DNA of 51,203 bases, filler included, from Bipalium vagum (Eukaryota): the NCBI GenBank assembly GCA_037834085.1. It is 3 parts of 3 records of this genome, joined end to end, with 100 filler letters (N's around TTAATTAATTAA, not from the genome) between each part and the next. Parts side by side here need not be neighbours in the genome. Positions count along the whole stretch, not along the records: positions 1 to 16,765 come from JBBMKC010094900.1; positions 16,866 to 34,601 come from JBBMKC010053378.1; 1 more part is not named here. One strand, 5' to 3'. The notes beneath the pieces were generated by a model. It ran no database searches and was not told the DNA's origin. It saw only the letters and a program-made list of their open reading frames with translations. Positions 12,305 to 25,338 of this stretch are shown one piece after another. The number at the start of each line of letters is the position of its first letter. Position 1 is the first letter of the stretch. A program made the position numbers and the translations under genes.

Positions 12305-12983
12305 TCTATTATACTTTGACACAGTAACTTGTGCTCGTCTACCAGTAACTCCTCACTTTTACAATGTTGTGTTCGTTATTCGGTTACACTCAACTTGAAT
12401 CAAACTTCTCTGAATAAAACCTTTTATACTGAATCAAAACACCCACAATAATAATCCGTTGCCCCCTGAGAACTGAATCAAAACTCTCACAATAAAACTT
12501 TATTGAAAAATCCTCAACAAAAATTCACTCTTTCAATCACCCCAATAAATAATCAAAATGTCAAATAATAGTCAGACCAAAATAATGATAAAAATTCAAT
12601 AACTAATTATAAAGAGCAGGTCGCATATGGGTTCCCTTGATAAATCCTCTTACGTTGACATATTCACTTGCTCAGACCTAAAATAAGAATTTGGGAATAG
12701 TCGTCTTTGGAGTTGAAATCGTCTCGAATCACTTGTACACTGTCGTTAATTTTTTTTTGGCAAATTGATGGGAATAACCTTCTCTTTATACAGCCGTATG
12801 GATTTGGCTACGATCATAAATCCCTAATCTCCCAGACGGCTATTTCCATCAATAGCCTCTTATTACTATCCTTGTCTCCACGCCGAGACAAAAGGAATTA
12901 ATAGCTCCCAAGACGGAGTACAATTCCCAATTTACAACTTTGACGCCGACGTTGATTATTGTTATATTGTTGTTATTATAACT
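12305..12983. repeat. Dispersed repeat family 1, copy A (solo-LTR-like, with hairpin block)
   Basis: Colinear with the reverse complement of 43465-44291 and with 16866-17375. Ends TTATAACT. Confidence 0.75.
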
Positions 12984-13199
12984 CAACATAAATTACAATC
13001 TGGTTGTAGGTAAATGTTGCATTTGGAACTCTTATTCTATAACTCTTGAATAATTATATTGAGATACTTATTCTATAATTATTAAATAATAATTAATAAT
13101 AGTGAGGCAAATTTTATTTATTTATAATAAATAATTTGCTTATATAATTAATTTTGTAATAAAATACACATTTTGAAAAGCGTCTTGATTTGTATTATT

Positions 13200-13500
13200 A
13201 ATGAAGCTACAGAGATGTCACAAGAACTGTCACCAACCACAGACAGGGGAACAGTCAATCAGATTATTCAAAGCCCAGGATAAAAGACAGAAGCTTGCAC
13301 GAAATATATGTTGAACCTAAGTGCTTTGGCTGAAAAAAAGTTGGACACATCAAACGAAACTCTCCAATAAAGAAACGGGAATGTTACGCTTGCGAGTCAA
13401 CAGAGCATATCAGAAGGTTTTGTATCAAAGTAATATGTGTAAAATGTACGCTTAAGGACCACACTGCAGAAGAATGTAAAACTACAGATTTTATAATAAG
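13200..13500 (+). mobile_element. Retroelement gag relic with three CCHC zinc knuckles
   Basis: PKCFG*KKVGHIKRNSP, KCYACESTEHIRRFCIK, ICVKCTLKDHTAEECK. Confidence 0.75.
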
Positions 13501-13669
13501 AAATATAAGAAAATCTAGATTTGGCCAAACTTTATTAGAGAAACTTGATAGTGCTCTTTCGAATAGAGACATATTTCATTTTCATCAGATAAATATTCTT
13601 TGTTTAGCTAAAACAATAAAGTTCAAAATATAATATTTTAAAATTTTTTATTAACAAAATTATTTTCTA

Positions 13670-14010
13670 TAAAAATGACAGAAATAACTGAAGAAAATTT
13701 TAAAATATTATTGATGTAGGAAAATCGAAATAACTAAATTTTAATGGTATGAATACTATTTAAGTCAAAAAATAATTAATTAAAAAAGAGAAAATTAAAT
13801 AAGCAGAAGAAGAAAAAAGAGAAAGTGGAGTTCTACCATAATTCTAATTTTAAAAACAATATTTGCAGGTTTAGGTGTAGGTAGTGGAGAAGAAGGTGGA
13901 ATTGCTACACGTGTACAAAAAGCAAAACAACAAAAAATAATGTACAAAAAGAAAAGACAGTGCTCGGGAAATTTAGATTAGAAATGGAAATTGAGATATT
14001 AAAACCAAAA
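13670..14010 (+). pseudogene. Possible Polinton/Maverick (adintovirus) pX/core-protein-like relic
   Basis: Frameshifted reading EEEKRESGVLP / LILKTIFAGLGVGSGEEGGIATRVQKAKQQK resembles the GG(F/I)LP...IFAGL.A.G...GG.A..V..AK motif of Polinton core proteins. Confidence 0.4.
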
Positions 14011-15079
14011 TAGTTTAAAAATAGAACAGATCTTTTTTGAATGGAATGGATCAATCTTATTATAAAGGAATTAATAAACTCGATAAACGTGGGATGAAGT
14101 GTATATACCTACTTGTGGATTATGTTGAAAAATAAACTTTGTTCTTCTAAATATATTAGTCGTTATTTTATTTTTCACGGACTTATTGAACCCCCTTGTA
14201 TATATAATTTTAAGTAATGAAGAAATTGAATAAGCTTAACAAATAATTACAGAATTTAAAGAAAATGTTGAAAAAATGCTATAAAAAATTATTGAAAATA
14301 TATATAAAGAAAGTTAAAAAATAATTGAGATAAATAAAAGTATAGAGAAAAGATAAAGAAGTTATAAAAGCTTTACGTTTTATTTTAAAATTTTTATATT
14401 TTTTTCAAAAATTCATTATTTACTAAAGTATTATTATTGTTTCTTCCAAAATGTTAATTCCTTTTTTTTGTAAATTTTTTATTTCACTAAAATTATATTT
14501 TATATTATAATAAAATATTTTCCGATAATATCTTAACAGTCTTCTAATTTCCAATTTATTAATATTTCTCCTAAACAAATAAAAGCCGTATATTTACAAT
14601 AATTTAATAAATATTAATTTACCGTCTGATAAAAGACGGCTTTTATCTTCAAAATGATATATAATTGTATAGATTTAAATATTATATCAATTACCGAATT
14701 AATTGAAACAAAAATACGAAGACTTATGGACCACCCCAATAAAATGTAAAGAAGTTGATATTTAAGATGCTTTAGGATATTGCTTACCAAATTTATATAA
14801 ACTTTAATGTAAAATGAAAATCCGATCTACATATTATAGTATTTTGAGATTTAAAATTTTTCTCAATTAACTCAAATTTTTTTATAAAACATTTAAATCA
14901 TTAAATTTTTCACCATTTTGAATTTTAAATTTTTTTTCAAATAATTTTTTCTAAATTTTCAGAACTGAATTCTTCATAGTTAAAAAAGAATGATTTAGAG
15001 TTAAATTCCGCTGCTTTCCTATTTTCATTAGCTTCAGATTTTATGATGCAACTAAACATTAAATTGACCTATCCCGGTG

Positions 15080-15740
15080 AAAAATCCATTGTGCAGTGCT
15101 CTATTTAAAATATTTGAAGAGACAGAACAGGGCAATTATATTGATGGTTTTTTCCTCCAGTTTTGATAGTATTATCTTATCCCGCTTTGACTATAACCTT
15201 AAACAGAACCTAAACGATAAAGGTGTTTAGTTCAATAATCAATCCTAAAAGCGTTTTTTGATTTTGCTTCATTATACAATCATAGTGAGCCAGGTTCTGG
15301 TGTTTCCAAATCATATTCTTTTCAGTGTCAAAAGGACATCTGATATCAATCAGAAAAGGTTTTTTTGATTTAGTGAATTCGATTTGCAGGTCAATCCGCA
15401 GTGTTGATTGAATGTATTTGCTCTCAACATTAACATATACTTTCCCCTCTGTATAAGATAAGCGTTGTTGAGCTAAATAATCTTGAATTGAGTTGTGATT
15501 AGAGATGATAAATATTCTTGAAGGCGTACATCCGATGAGAGTATGTACTAGTGGTTCTTCTGATTCTGAGTATCTGTGACATACTCTGTTTGCCCTTCCA
15601 TGCCTTGCATTTCGTTTGACAGAGTATAATCGTGCTAGATAGATAAAATACCAGGCTGAGATAGATATTTTTCCTAACAGATATTTATTTAACATCACTA
15701 ACTTTATCCCATTTTTATTTAAAAATAGAAAAAACACTAT
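15080..15740 (-). mobile_element. Non-LTR retrotransposon 3' relic with CCHC and restriction-like endonuclease (R2/NeSL/CRE superclade)
   Basis: WYFIYLARL...CHRYSESEEPLVHTLIGC...HNSIQDYLA...LRIDLQI...FLIDIRCPFD corresponds to CCHC, RHN and PD-D motifs of RLE domains. Confidence 0.8.
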
Positions 15741-16765
15741 TAACAGCCAAAGATCAAGTGAACCATCATTTTAAAGCCTTATCAGCATCTTCAGATTTAC
15801 TTGTCCGTTGCCTTTACGGGTTAGTATTGCTGGAAACGCTTAATTCCGCTATTTTGTTCTCTTTTTATAATTATCATACTTACTGTTGATGAATCAACAT
15901 TAAGTTTCTTTGCAACTGCTAAAAAAGATATTTTTGTCTAATTGTTACAGGACACAATAATTACTAATTTTTTCCTAAGTAATGTCTGTACGTTTTCTTT
16001 TTTCAGTTATCTTAAGACTAAAATCATAAGTTATTAAATATTAAATAAATTAACAAAAGATAATACTGGACTTGTGTGATTTTTTTAATTAAAAATTATT
16101 TAAAATATGTATTTTCAAAAATAAGAAAAAAGTGATATAATCAGGTTTCAGAACATAAACTGTAGCAAATTTTTGTGATATTATACCGTATTTTGACATG
16201 AACCGAAGTGATTTAAAATATTTTAATAAATTAAATTTACATACAGATTGGCAATTGGTTTTTCAGTGCACCATGATATCATCCGACGTGATATTAAACG
16301 GGTCCGACTGTAATTATTGATTAGAAATTTTATAAACAAATGTGTAAAGGTTTGGTTCAACGCTTACTGCGAGATCTAATCTCGAAATTATAAAAATGCT
16401 AACACTATTAGAACTTGGCTCACCAACTACGTCAAATGTAGTGTAACAAATAGGTGTTCTAAGATACCAACTAAGTTTAATTAAATCAACTAAGATGACA
16501 CGTTTTTTGATACAAAAATATATTTTGTAAAACAAATACAAATCTTTCTTATCACAATTATAATATTAATTAAAATCTTCTTGGTTTTATGATAACTGAA
16601 AAAGCCCTGGTGTCCAAAATGCGTATTCTGTCACCTAGAGTGAAGCAGAATCGAATTTCCAAGAAAACAAACAAAAGAAATAAGATTGATAAAAAGAACG
16701 TATTGCAGAGTATTTGCTCTGAACACGTTAATGATTATTTAATTAATATGATTTTTCTCAAAAGA

Positions 16766-16865
16766 NNNNNNNNNNNNNNNNNNNNNNNNNNNNNNNNNNN
16801 NNNNNNNNNTTAATTAATTAANNNNNNNNNNNNNNNNNNNNNNNNNNNNNNNNNNNNNNNNNNNN
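16766..16865. other. Assembly gap with artificial TTAATTAATTAA spacer
   Basis: 100-bp N block containing a six-frame stop linker. Confidence 0.95.
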
Positions 16866-17375
16866 CTATTACTGTTCTAATAAAAGAGAAGAAAGAAATG
16901 ATCACAAAAGAAAGAGTCAAGAGTAAAATAAAACGGTCTCACCAAGAGCGACAAGGGGTCCCGGGTCGCCCTCTAGACCCTTCTCAGGTTACCTAGGGGT
17001 CCCCTTGTGAAATCCTCCTGCGAAGTCATATCCACTTGAGGATACTTTGATTTCCTTTCTTCGGCTCGTAGTCCTCTTGATAATTGGAGTTTCCCTGAAC
17101 GGCGTGATGTATCGTCATGAATCGTCCTGATGAATGAGCGTTTTTTGGGCTAATTGACGGGAATAGCCGTCTCTTGATATAGTCGCAGAGATTGGTCTAC
17201 GATCATCAATCCCTACGCTTAGATACGGCTATTTTCCCTAATATCCATCAACTCTATCTCCATGCCGAGATAGACTCATATCAAGGCTAATGGAATCCTG
17301 CAGTCCACCGAGAACGACTGTCAGGGAATCCATTAGCTTAATCTGTCGAAAATCCCCGCGGCGGGATTTTATCAT
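16866..17375. repeat. Dispersed repeat family 1, copy C (truncated by the gap, hairpin block intact)
   Basis: AAAATAAAACGGTCTCACCAAGAGC.ACAAGGGGTCCCGGGTCGCC and GGGAATAGCCGTCTC are nearly identical to the reverse complement of 43640-43955. Confidence 0.8.
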
Positions 17376-19329
17376 AAGAAAAATTGCTAAAATATACATT
17401 TAAAAGATGAACTACTTTATTCAACATAGTTTTCCAGATAATAATGTCATTATGTGAAAGCTAAAAACTTTTCATTCAATTTGAGCCTTGAGATTTATTT
17501 GTTGCAGAGATCCTTTCGTCATCTCTTGCCTTCTGTAAGCACATTTCAGAATCCGATATATTATCTAATAATTTTACATTGACGAAAAAGAAAATTAAGT
17601 AAAACTGATTATAAAAACATGTAACATTATTTTTTAAAATGAAATAAGAGCTCTTCTTCTGCTCAGAATCAACGTTTGCCGAAGTATTTCATTCATTTTT
17701 ATCATACTATTATCATAAAGCTGAGGTTCAATAAATTCTTTTAAATTAAAATTTAATTAGTTTTAAAAAACCTTGTTCAAAGAACTGATGGGACCTTTTC
17801 CAACGATTAGACGTTTATAGTCTTAATCGGAATTTATCTGTCGCCTTAAAGATTACATTTTCGATATTTCGCCATAAAGATGATCATGAAAGAAAATTTT
17901 ATTGAAATTCGGGAAACCCACGGAATTTTGCTCACTGTTAATTATTAAAACAAACGACTTAGTGAAAATGAAGAAAAACATTATTTTATGCAATATAATT
18001 CTGAAATATTTTAAGAGAAGATTATTTTGCAATTATTCTAGATGAATTATTTTCTCAATATTAAAGATCCTTTTCGGAATATCACTCTTTTTTGTATAAG
18101 AGTTTTCGGTATTATTAGAACAAAAAAGCAATTTGATCATGTTTATTAATATTTGCTAATATTTTTTTTAATGATACATTAGAAATAAATTGCAAACTCC
18201 GAACTCTCAGCAAAATGTTTTAAATTAGAAATCGTATCTTTTAATTAAACAAAAATTAAAATTCAACATAAAAAATTTAAAAATTTTGAAATGTATAATT
18301 ATTTTTTCATTCTTTTTTACTTATAATTATAATTATGAAATATATAAAAATATTTTATAAGAATATTATTTTTTAATTATAAAGTTATTTTTGTAAATAC
18401 AAAAAATAAATTTAATTATTAATTTAAAAACTCGGTAATTAAAAATAGACTTCGTAATTGATTGATTTTTAGCCCCCTTATATTATTTTAGTAAATATTA
18501 TTTTTCTCTATATCAATATGAGAACATTAAATTTGCGAGGCTGTTGAATAAAAGTATTAGACAAAAAAATTGAAGATGATAAAATTTTATCCTTCGGAAA
18601 ATTCCCGATAAGATGTAGAGTAGGTTAATGAAGATTCAGCTGTTACATTATTAATGAAAGGCATACCTTGTTATTAAGTTTTTAATTCTTTGTTTAAAAA
18701 ATTTTAAAATTTTTTAACTTCTGTGAGAATTCTTTTCCTCGAAGTCGATGTCATTATTAATTCTTTCTTGTAATTGCTAATTGTAATTTCTTTACCTTTA
18801 TTGAGCTTGTTAATAAAAAGCTCGATCCTTTTAAATAATTTTATTTTAAAATTTTAATTATTCTCTATTTTAACAAATAATTTTAAATATTTTTTAAGGG
18901 TAGAGAAATATCCTTAGAAATTAGGTCATAATGTGTATCATAAAAAATTAACCTTGCCCCATGTAATTTCCAAGCCAATATTTTTGATTCACTTATCTCT
19001 TGAAAAGGAATCACTGACCAATAGTATTTGCAAGTATTGCCTTTGAAAATTAAGAGATGCGAAAAGTATATAGTACAGGCAGATGGTGGTCAGAAAGGGT
19101 TTCTGAAGATAATGTATGAAATCGTGAAATGTTGAGAATCGATACAATCTAAGGCAATTATTTTAATTTTGTGTCTTTTATATTAGGTAGTTGCATAAAC
19201 TCTCACTGTTTGTTTTAATTAACTAATTTATTAAATATTCCAGCGATAATTCAGATCAATTTGTAGGATTTGTTATGTATTAATATTTAAATTTTAAAAT
19301 AATGTAAATTATTTAGTTAAGTACATCAA

Positions 19330-19800
19330 AAGAAAACTGGTCTTTTTATGAACAAAAAGAATATTTGTGGGAGGCGTTGCCTTTTGGTTTTCATCTAAAA
19401 AGAAGTGATACAGAAGCTTATGACAACCATCTTATGTCTGAAATACGCTGTCTAGATTGGTTTCGGTAAATCAAAATCGGTGCCTTTGATTTGCAGGATA
19501 AACAACGTTCAGATCAACCAAAGCACTTTTCAGATAAAGATCTGAAAAATATGTGGATCAGAGACTGATCACAAACAATTGAAACTATTTCAGAAATCAG
19601 AAATCTATCATAAGCAGACCATTGGATAAAAATGGAAGTATAAAAAATTGTCTCATCAATTGAAAGAAACAGATATCGCAAAAAACAGATATTTGTCAGA
19701 TGATGTTGAACAGGTAACGAAAAAAGTCATTTTTACATCTCATTAGTACTTGTGATGAAAAATAATTTTTAATGAAAATCCGAAATAAAAAAAATATCAT
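19330..19800 (+). mobile_element. Degenerate mariner 5' half
   Basis: EAYDNHLMSEIRCLDWFR*IKIGAFDLQDKQRSDQPK and FLHLISTCDEK. Confidence 0.8.
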
Positions 19801-22749
19801 CGGTAAAAATTATTTTATTTTTGTTGTTGTTACAACATGAAGTTTTGAAAAGAAAACTAAAATTATGACTTAATAATCTCAATAAACATCTACATAATAA
19901 TAAAGACCCATGAAATCATTTATTATCATTAAATAATAATTTTATAATTATTAATTAAAGACGAAACAGTAATCAAGATAAAAATATTTATAAATAAATA
20001 AAACTTTTCTATGATTTAAATGAAATAAAATAAAATATTTTGAATCTGTGTAAGATAAACATTTTCCAAAGATATGATCCATGGTCAATCAAATACAGAC
20101 AAGCCACAATTGATATTGTGACAGTAGTCAGAGAAAAGTGATTAAGTCAACAATATAATGATTGACATTTCGTCAAAATAAAACAAAAAAAATATAAAAT
20201 TTTGTTTTTTAATTTGTCAGACCAGGACAGTTATATTAATTAAAATTCTAATTTAGGTGCAGTGCTAAAGTGCAGTAAAAGCAGACAAAGGTAAGTCTCG
20301 GTGAGAATTAGAAACATTTTAGGCTTTACAACGAAATGAAAAAGAATTCTATGTGTAGAAATATCTTGGAGTTTCAATCTTGATATAACAAATTAATAAT
20401 GTTATTAAACTAAGATATAAACTAAAATATTTTCTTTATTTAACAGAAATAATATTTTCATTAACGATCATGATGGTGTAAGAAAGATAAATGATACACT
20501 CTACCTACCCACCTTAAAGATCAAATAAAAAATTGTACACTGATTTAAAAACCAAGTTTAACCTTTTATTTATTATTTAAAGTTAAAAAATTATATATTT
20601 TCGACTAAAATCTATTGGAAGGCATACGTTCAGTAAAACGTGATAATGATAATGATAATCTATTAATTATATAAAATAAAATAATTTAATCAATAATTAA
20701 TAAAATTTATATTTTCCGTAAAAACTTTTATAAAAAAAATTTATATTTTTATAACATTAAAAAATATATTTACTTTTTTATTATTTATTTATAAATAAAT
20801 GTACAGTTTCATTTATTGTGAAAATTTATAATATTTTTATTTTTTTTTATTAAACAATATAATGTTTTTTTCTAAAAAAACACAATTTTAAGAAAATATG
20901 GAATTTTATCTGCAGGAAATCTTTTCAGAACCAATTATAATATCAGAATAAATATCTCAAAACGGACCAAATTAAATAATGATAATATCTTAAATGTCTG
21001 AAATTGCATGAAAACAAATTAATTTTTTATGAATGAACTCTATTTTTCAAAAATATTTTCCCTCAAAAATCGACTCCTTTCTTGATTTAAACAAAATATC
21101 ATTTTTAATTATTAAGCTATTATAATATTTATAGATTCTTGGATTTCATTCCACATCGATTTACAATTTTTTCATGTGAGGATGTTTGATGGATTTGAAG
21201 GAGTTTGAGTTTGTACTTCAGTTCTGACATTAAAAAAATCTGACAGAATTCAGCGAGAAACAGATTATTACTTTTATTTAACGTGAAAGTGAAAAATGTA
21301 CTCCCCTATTGTACTAATTTAAGTACTGATTTTGTATGTTAGTAAATAAGAATTAGGGCAGTATCGTTTTAATTCAGGAAAGCAATATTCTTCATTTTAG
21401 AAAGTTTTATTTATTTCTTTTAAAAAATCTTTTTAATTATTTTTTTCTCTTTTTATGTACTAATTCATGTACAGATTTCGTTAAAAAAGACATTATAAAA
21501 AGTTAGGATAGTATCACTTTTATTTAAAATAGTGCGTTGCTTCATTTGGGAAATTAGCGTATCCTGATTGAATAATAAATTCTCAGAACATTGAATTGGC
21601 TAAGCCTTCCCAGGAATGCACGAGTCAGAAAATCACCGGATTTAAAGTCATGCATTTATTGAAAATTTCTTTTTATCAAATCCAAAATTTACAACACACC
21701 ACCTCCAGAAATTGAAAGATTCCATGATCAGTTTTATTTATTCATTCTCTCAGATTAATTCTGCTGATAAAATGTTACAGGGTTTTCAGCTTGATTTCAA
21801 TTTTTAAAATGTAGATATTATATTATACACGTATACTTGCATTTTGTAATGCAAGGTACATATCCTTTATTTATGAGTTATTCATTTGTACGAATATGTA
21901 GAAATTAAGAAAGAAATGAAAAGTGTTCGAGGAAAATATCAAAAATATATAATGTTTTAATGGACAACGTCGGGTAATTTACTGTAATATATTTTTCGAT
22001 TTATGTAATTCAGATTTCATAAAACAGCCAACGTTACGATTCGTATCTCTCGAATTTCTTCCTTATATTCTCCTTTTTGAACCCTATTGATAACAAGTTC
22101 TCCAAATGGAAAACAATAATCAAAATAAATGAATCTAAATTGATGGATTTCATAAAGATGGATTTCACAGTCAATTTCAGTGGTTGATTGTGAAGGATAT
22201 TACCGAAACATGCTTAGATACATCTCAAGGTGCATTAACAATGAGTATATCGTAGATTGATTTGAAATACATTGTTTTGTTGTATCGATTTTAAAAGATT
22301 TAGTCTTCCATTTCACGAAAGTATTATTTCAAAAAGTAGTCTCAAAAATGACTATTCTAATGTAAAAATGGCATATTTGAAATTAAACTAAACAAATTTG
22401 AAATTAGACTAAATAAAAAATCTGGGTTATCTCCAACTTTTGTTTACAATTTCTAAAAATTATAGGGATCAGATTTAGATTTATTAACAATGAAATATTT
22501 ATGTTGAAAATTTAAAAAATATAATTAAAAATTTTTTTGATGTGCACACCATTAGAATGTTGAAAATATATCAGATGTGACCCGCGAAAGATGTTGATAA
22601 ATAAGACATTACATAATTAAATTGTTACAATTAATAGAATTATTATAAATTAATTACTATTATTATTATTACTTAAAGAACTTATCTGAAAATAATTTTA
22701 TATAATAAACAATCAAATTATTTTACAAGTATTATTTTGTAAGGTCCTG

Positions 22750-23400
22750 TAGAATAGAATTTTTTCTTTTCTGACCAGGGTGTTTTAAAATGAATCCATT
22801 TATCTAGCCAGTTAAATCGAGTTGATTAATAAACTTTGGTTATTGTGTTACCAACAAATTTTAAGAATAACATGGCTCTTTTGGGTTGCTATGGAGCTGA
22901 GGTATAGAATTTATTCAAATCTTTGCACCTTTTTGTGGATTCAGGGTCATAGTGATTAATCAAACTTTCATCCATAATTACAAACCTACGGTTAAAACCA
23001 GTTTACTTTTTTATTAAACATCTAAATGTTACTGAGAAAATTAATTTTATTAAATTTCTAATGTCCTGGTAACAAACATGATGCCTATTTTTCGCATATC
23101 TTAATTTCTTTGAAAAGATGTGACACATTCTGATAACATACACGTAGTCAGAGAATTTTTCGCACGAAGTCAATCAGTTGTAATAGTTTTTCAACGACCA
23201 GTATGTGGTTCATCCGCAATGTTTGTGAGACCTCTTTTGAATTCAGTTACTCATTTTTGTGGTAGGTACATCATCTCCTTGAACACCTATCATCTCATTG
23301 AAAAATTATTTACCGGTTACCAAGTTTTTATGCAAATAATAAATTACTGAGCAAAACCTTAAATTCTCATTTTTGAAATCAGGCAAAAATGACCTTTTAA
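22750..23400 (-). mobile_element. Degenerate mariner fragment
   Basis: Minus strand reads EFKRGLTNIADEPHTGR and FVIMDES..HYDPESTK (TxDExWxxxYDPE motif). Confidence 0.75.
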
Positions 23401-24737
23401 ATCATTATATTAAAAGGGAGTTTGATAGATCATATTCTAATTTTAAATATTGACAAGCGATAAAGAAATGCTTAAAATTACTATATAATTTTTTTTATTT
23501 ACGTACAAGAATAAAAACTTTCAACTACCATAGTAAAATTGTATTATATTATTTTTAGAGTTTAAAGAAATATTTTCATTTTTTATACAATAATAAATAT
23601 TATTTTATATTATTTGAAATCGATGTTTTATTCCAAATATATTTTTGTACCAAATCTATATTCGAAATATTGAAATATATTTAATGAAATAATCAATATA
23701 AAAACAGTTGCCATTAAATATATCTAAAAATAATTTAATTTAATATATTTCACTAGAATAATTAATAATCTAATTATTAATAATAATTCCAATTTCTGTT
23801 TAATTAAAACAATTAAAATGATATTATTTAATGAATATTTATAATCATAAATATTTTATTTTTGGTTATTTTAAATTATATTAATCATACTTTTATTTTA
23901 TAAAATAAAAACTTTGATAAAAGTCATCTCAAAATTAATTTTTCTTATTTAATTATAATAATTTTAAAACGAAAAATTGACGCTGAACAGGTTTATTACT
24001 AAAACAAATAATAAGTGTTGCTACTCCAGTCTTGTAAACTATTATTTCATGAAATCAAAAACTTTACTTTGATCTTAAACCTACCCATCAAACGCAAATT
24101 TACTGGATTTCCATCTTTCCTATATGTACTGTCCTAATAATAAATGACTACATTTTTATTTGCTAAAGCTCATCAACCTTTTACAAATTATTTCTTTTCT
24201 GCATTATGTCTATCATACAACTGACATCTGAAGATTTCAATAACTCAAAATGAATTTACCTCCAGAGGCAACACCAAAATCTTAGCATTTTTACTTATGA
24301 ATATCTGGTTTTTGTAGGGGTTCGAAAACTTAAATAAAAATTGAATAGGTTTTTAAGAATACCATGTTCTTTTATATCTTATTTTAACAATATTCTTTAG
24401 CAAATTCTTTTCCTATAAAAGCTGAATTCTTATTCATTTCTTTAAGAACTGACATGGATAATGTGATTATTCTGTATTGGTGAACTGCTACATTTATTAG
24501 TGTTTATTATCACATCAAGACAATTTGAATCAAGTAAGGTCTTCAATGGATCTTTATCGATAATCTTCACAAATTTATATCTTCATTAAATTTTCATAAA
24601 GTATAAAACTTAAACAAAGTTCAAAAAGTAGCCAAAAATTTTAATTTCATTAATTTTTAACTCTGTGATTTATTATGACAGATTCTTACTAAGAAAGAAA
24701 TCTCCAAAATGAAAATAAAATTCAGTTTAATAAAATA

Positions 24738-25338
24738 CAGTTGTGGCCATAATTCATCGGCCACCTTCAATTTTATGAAATGCTTTTAAAAATGTATTTC
24801 GTTACAAAAAATTATTATGAAAACATGTACAGACAGTAAGTTTTGCATAATTTGTAGTATATAGATGTTATCACTAATATTTATTGTGTTTACCCTATGC
24901 AGCAAGTACCACTGCCAACCTGTTCGGTATAGAATCAATCAATTTGGAGCAATAGTTCATAATAATTTCGTTAACCAAAACAAGTTTAATTATTTCAATT
25001 AAATTTAGGTATGACGTAGGACTATGCAGTGAGACTTTTTTAGATCTTTCCAGTAATTTTTAATGGACGATAGATCTGGAGAATTTTTTGGCCACGGACA
25101 CAGAGCATTAATGTTATTCACAATAAGCCAAGTCTTATTGATGCTTGACTGATGTCACGGCGATCCATCATGTTGTAAATAATCACAATTTTTAATTGAA
25201 AGAAACGGTATAACTTTTTCTTCTAGTATCTCTTTATAGACAGTTGTATTGACATTTTTATATTCAGGAAGAAACCAGAGTTCACAGGAATATGAGTAAA
25301 TAAATGACAGGGTGGTGGATTAATTATGGCCACGACTG
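24738..25338 (-). mobile_element. Internally deleted Tc1-like element (601 bp) with both TIRs and TA target duplication
   Basis: TA|CAGTTGTGGCCATAATTCATCGGCCACC ... GGTGGTGGATTAATTATGGCCACGACTG|TA. Internal minus-strand relic QHDGSP*H and WPKNSPDL. Confidence 0.88.

Noticed and set aside
16810-16821. TTAATTAATTAA inside N runs (also 34646-34657)
   Set aside because: Artificial scaffold linker, not biological. Adjacency across these gaps should not be trusted.
17127-17165. CTGATGA hammerhead-ribozyme-like core in repeat copy C
   Set aside because: No stem II plus GAAA follows, and the homologous copy B reads CTGATGT.
17400-18200. Possible multi-exon gene remnant
   Set aside because: Some splice-like signals are present, but I could not build a consistent frame or recognise a protein.
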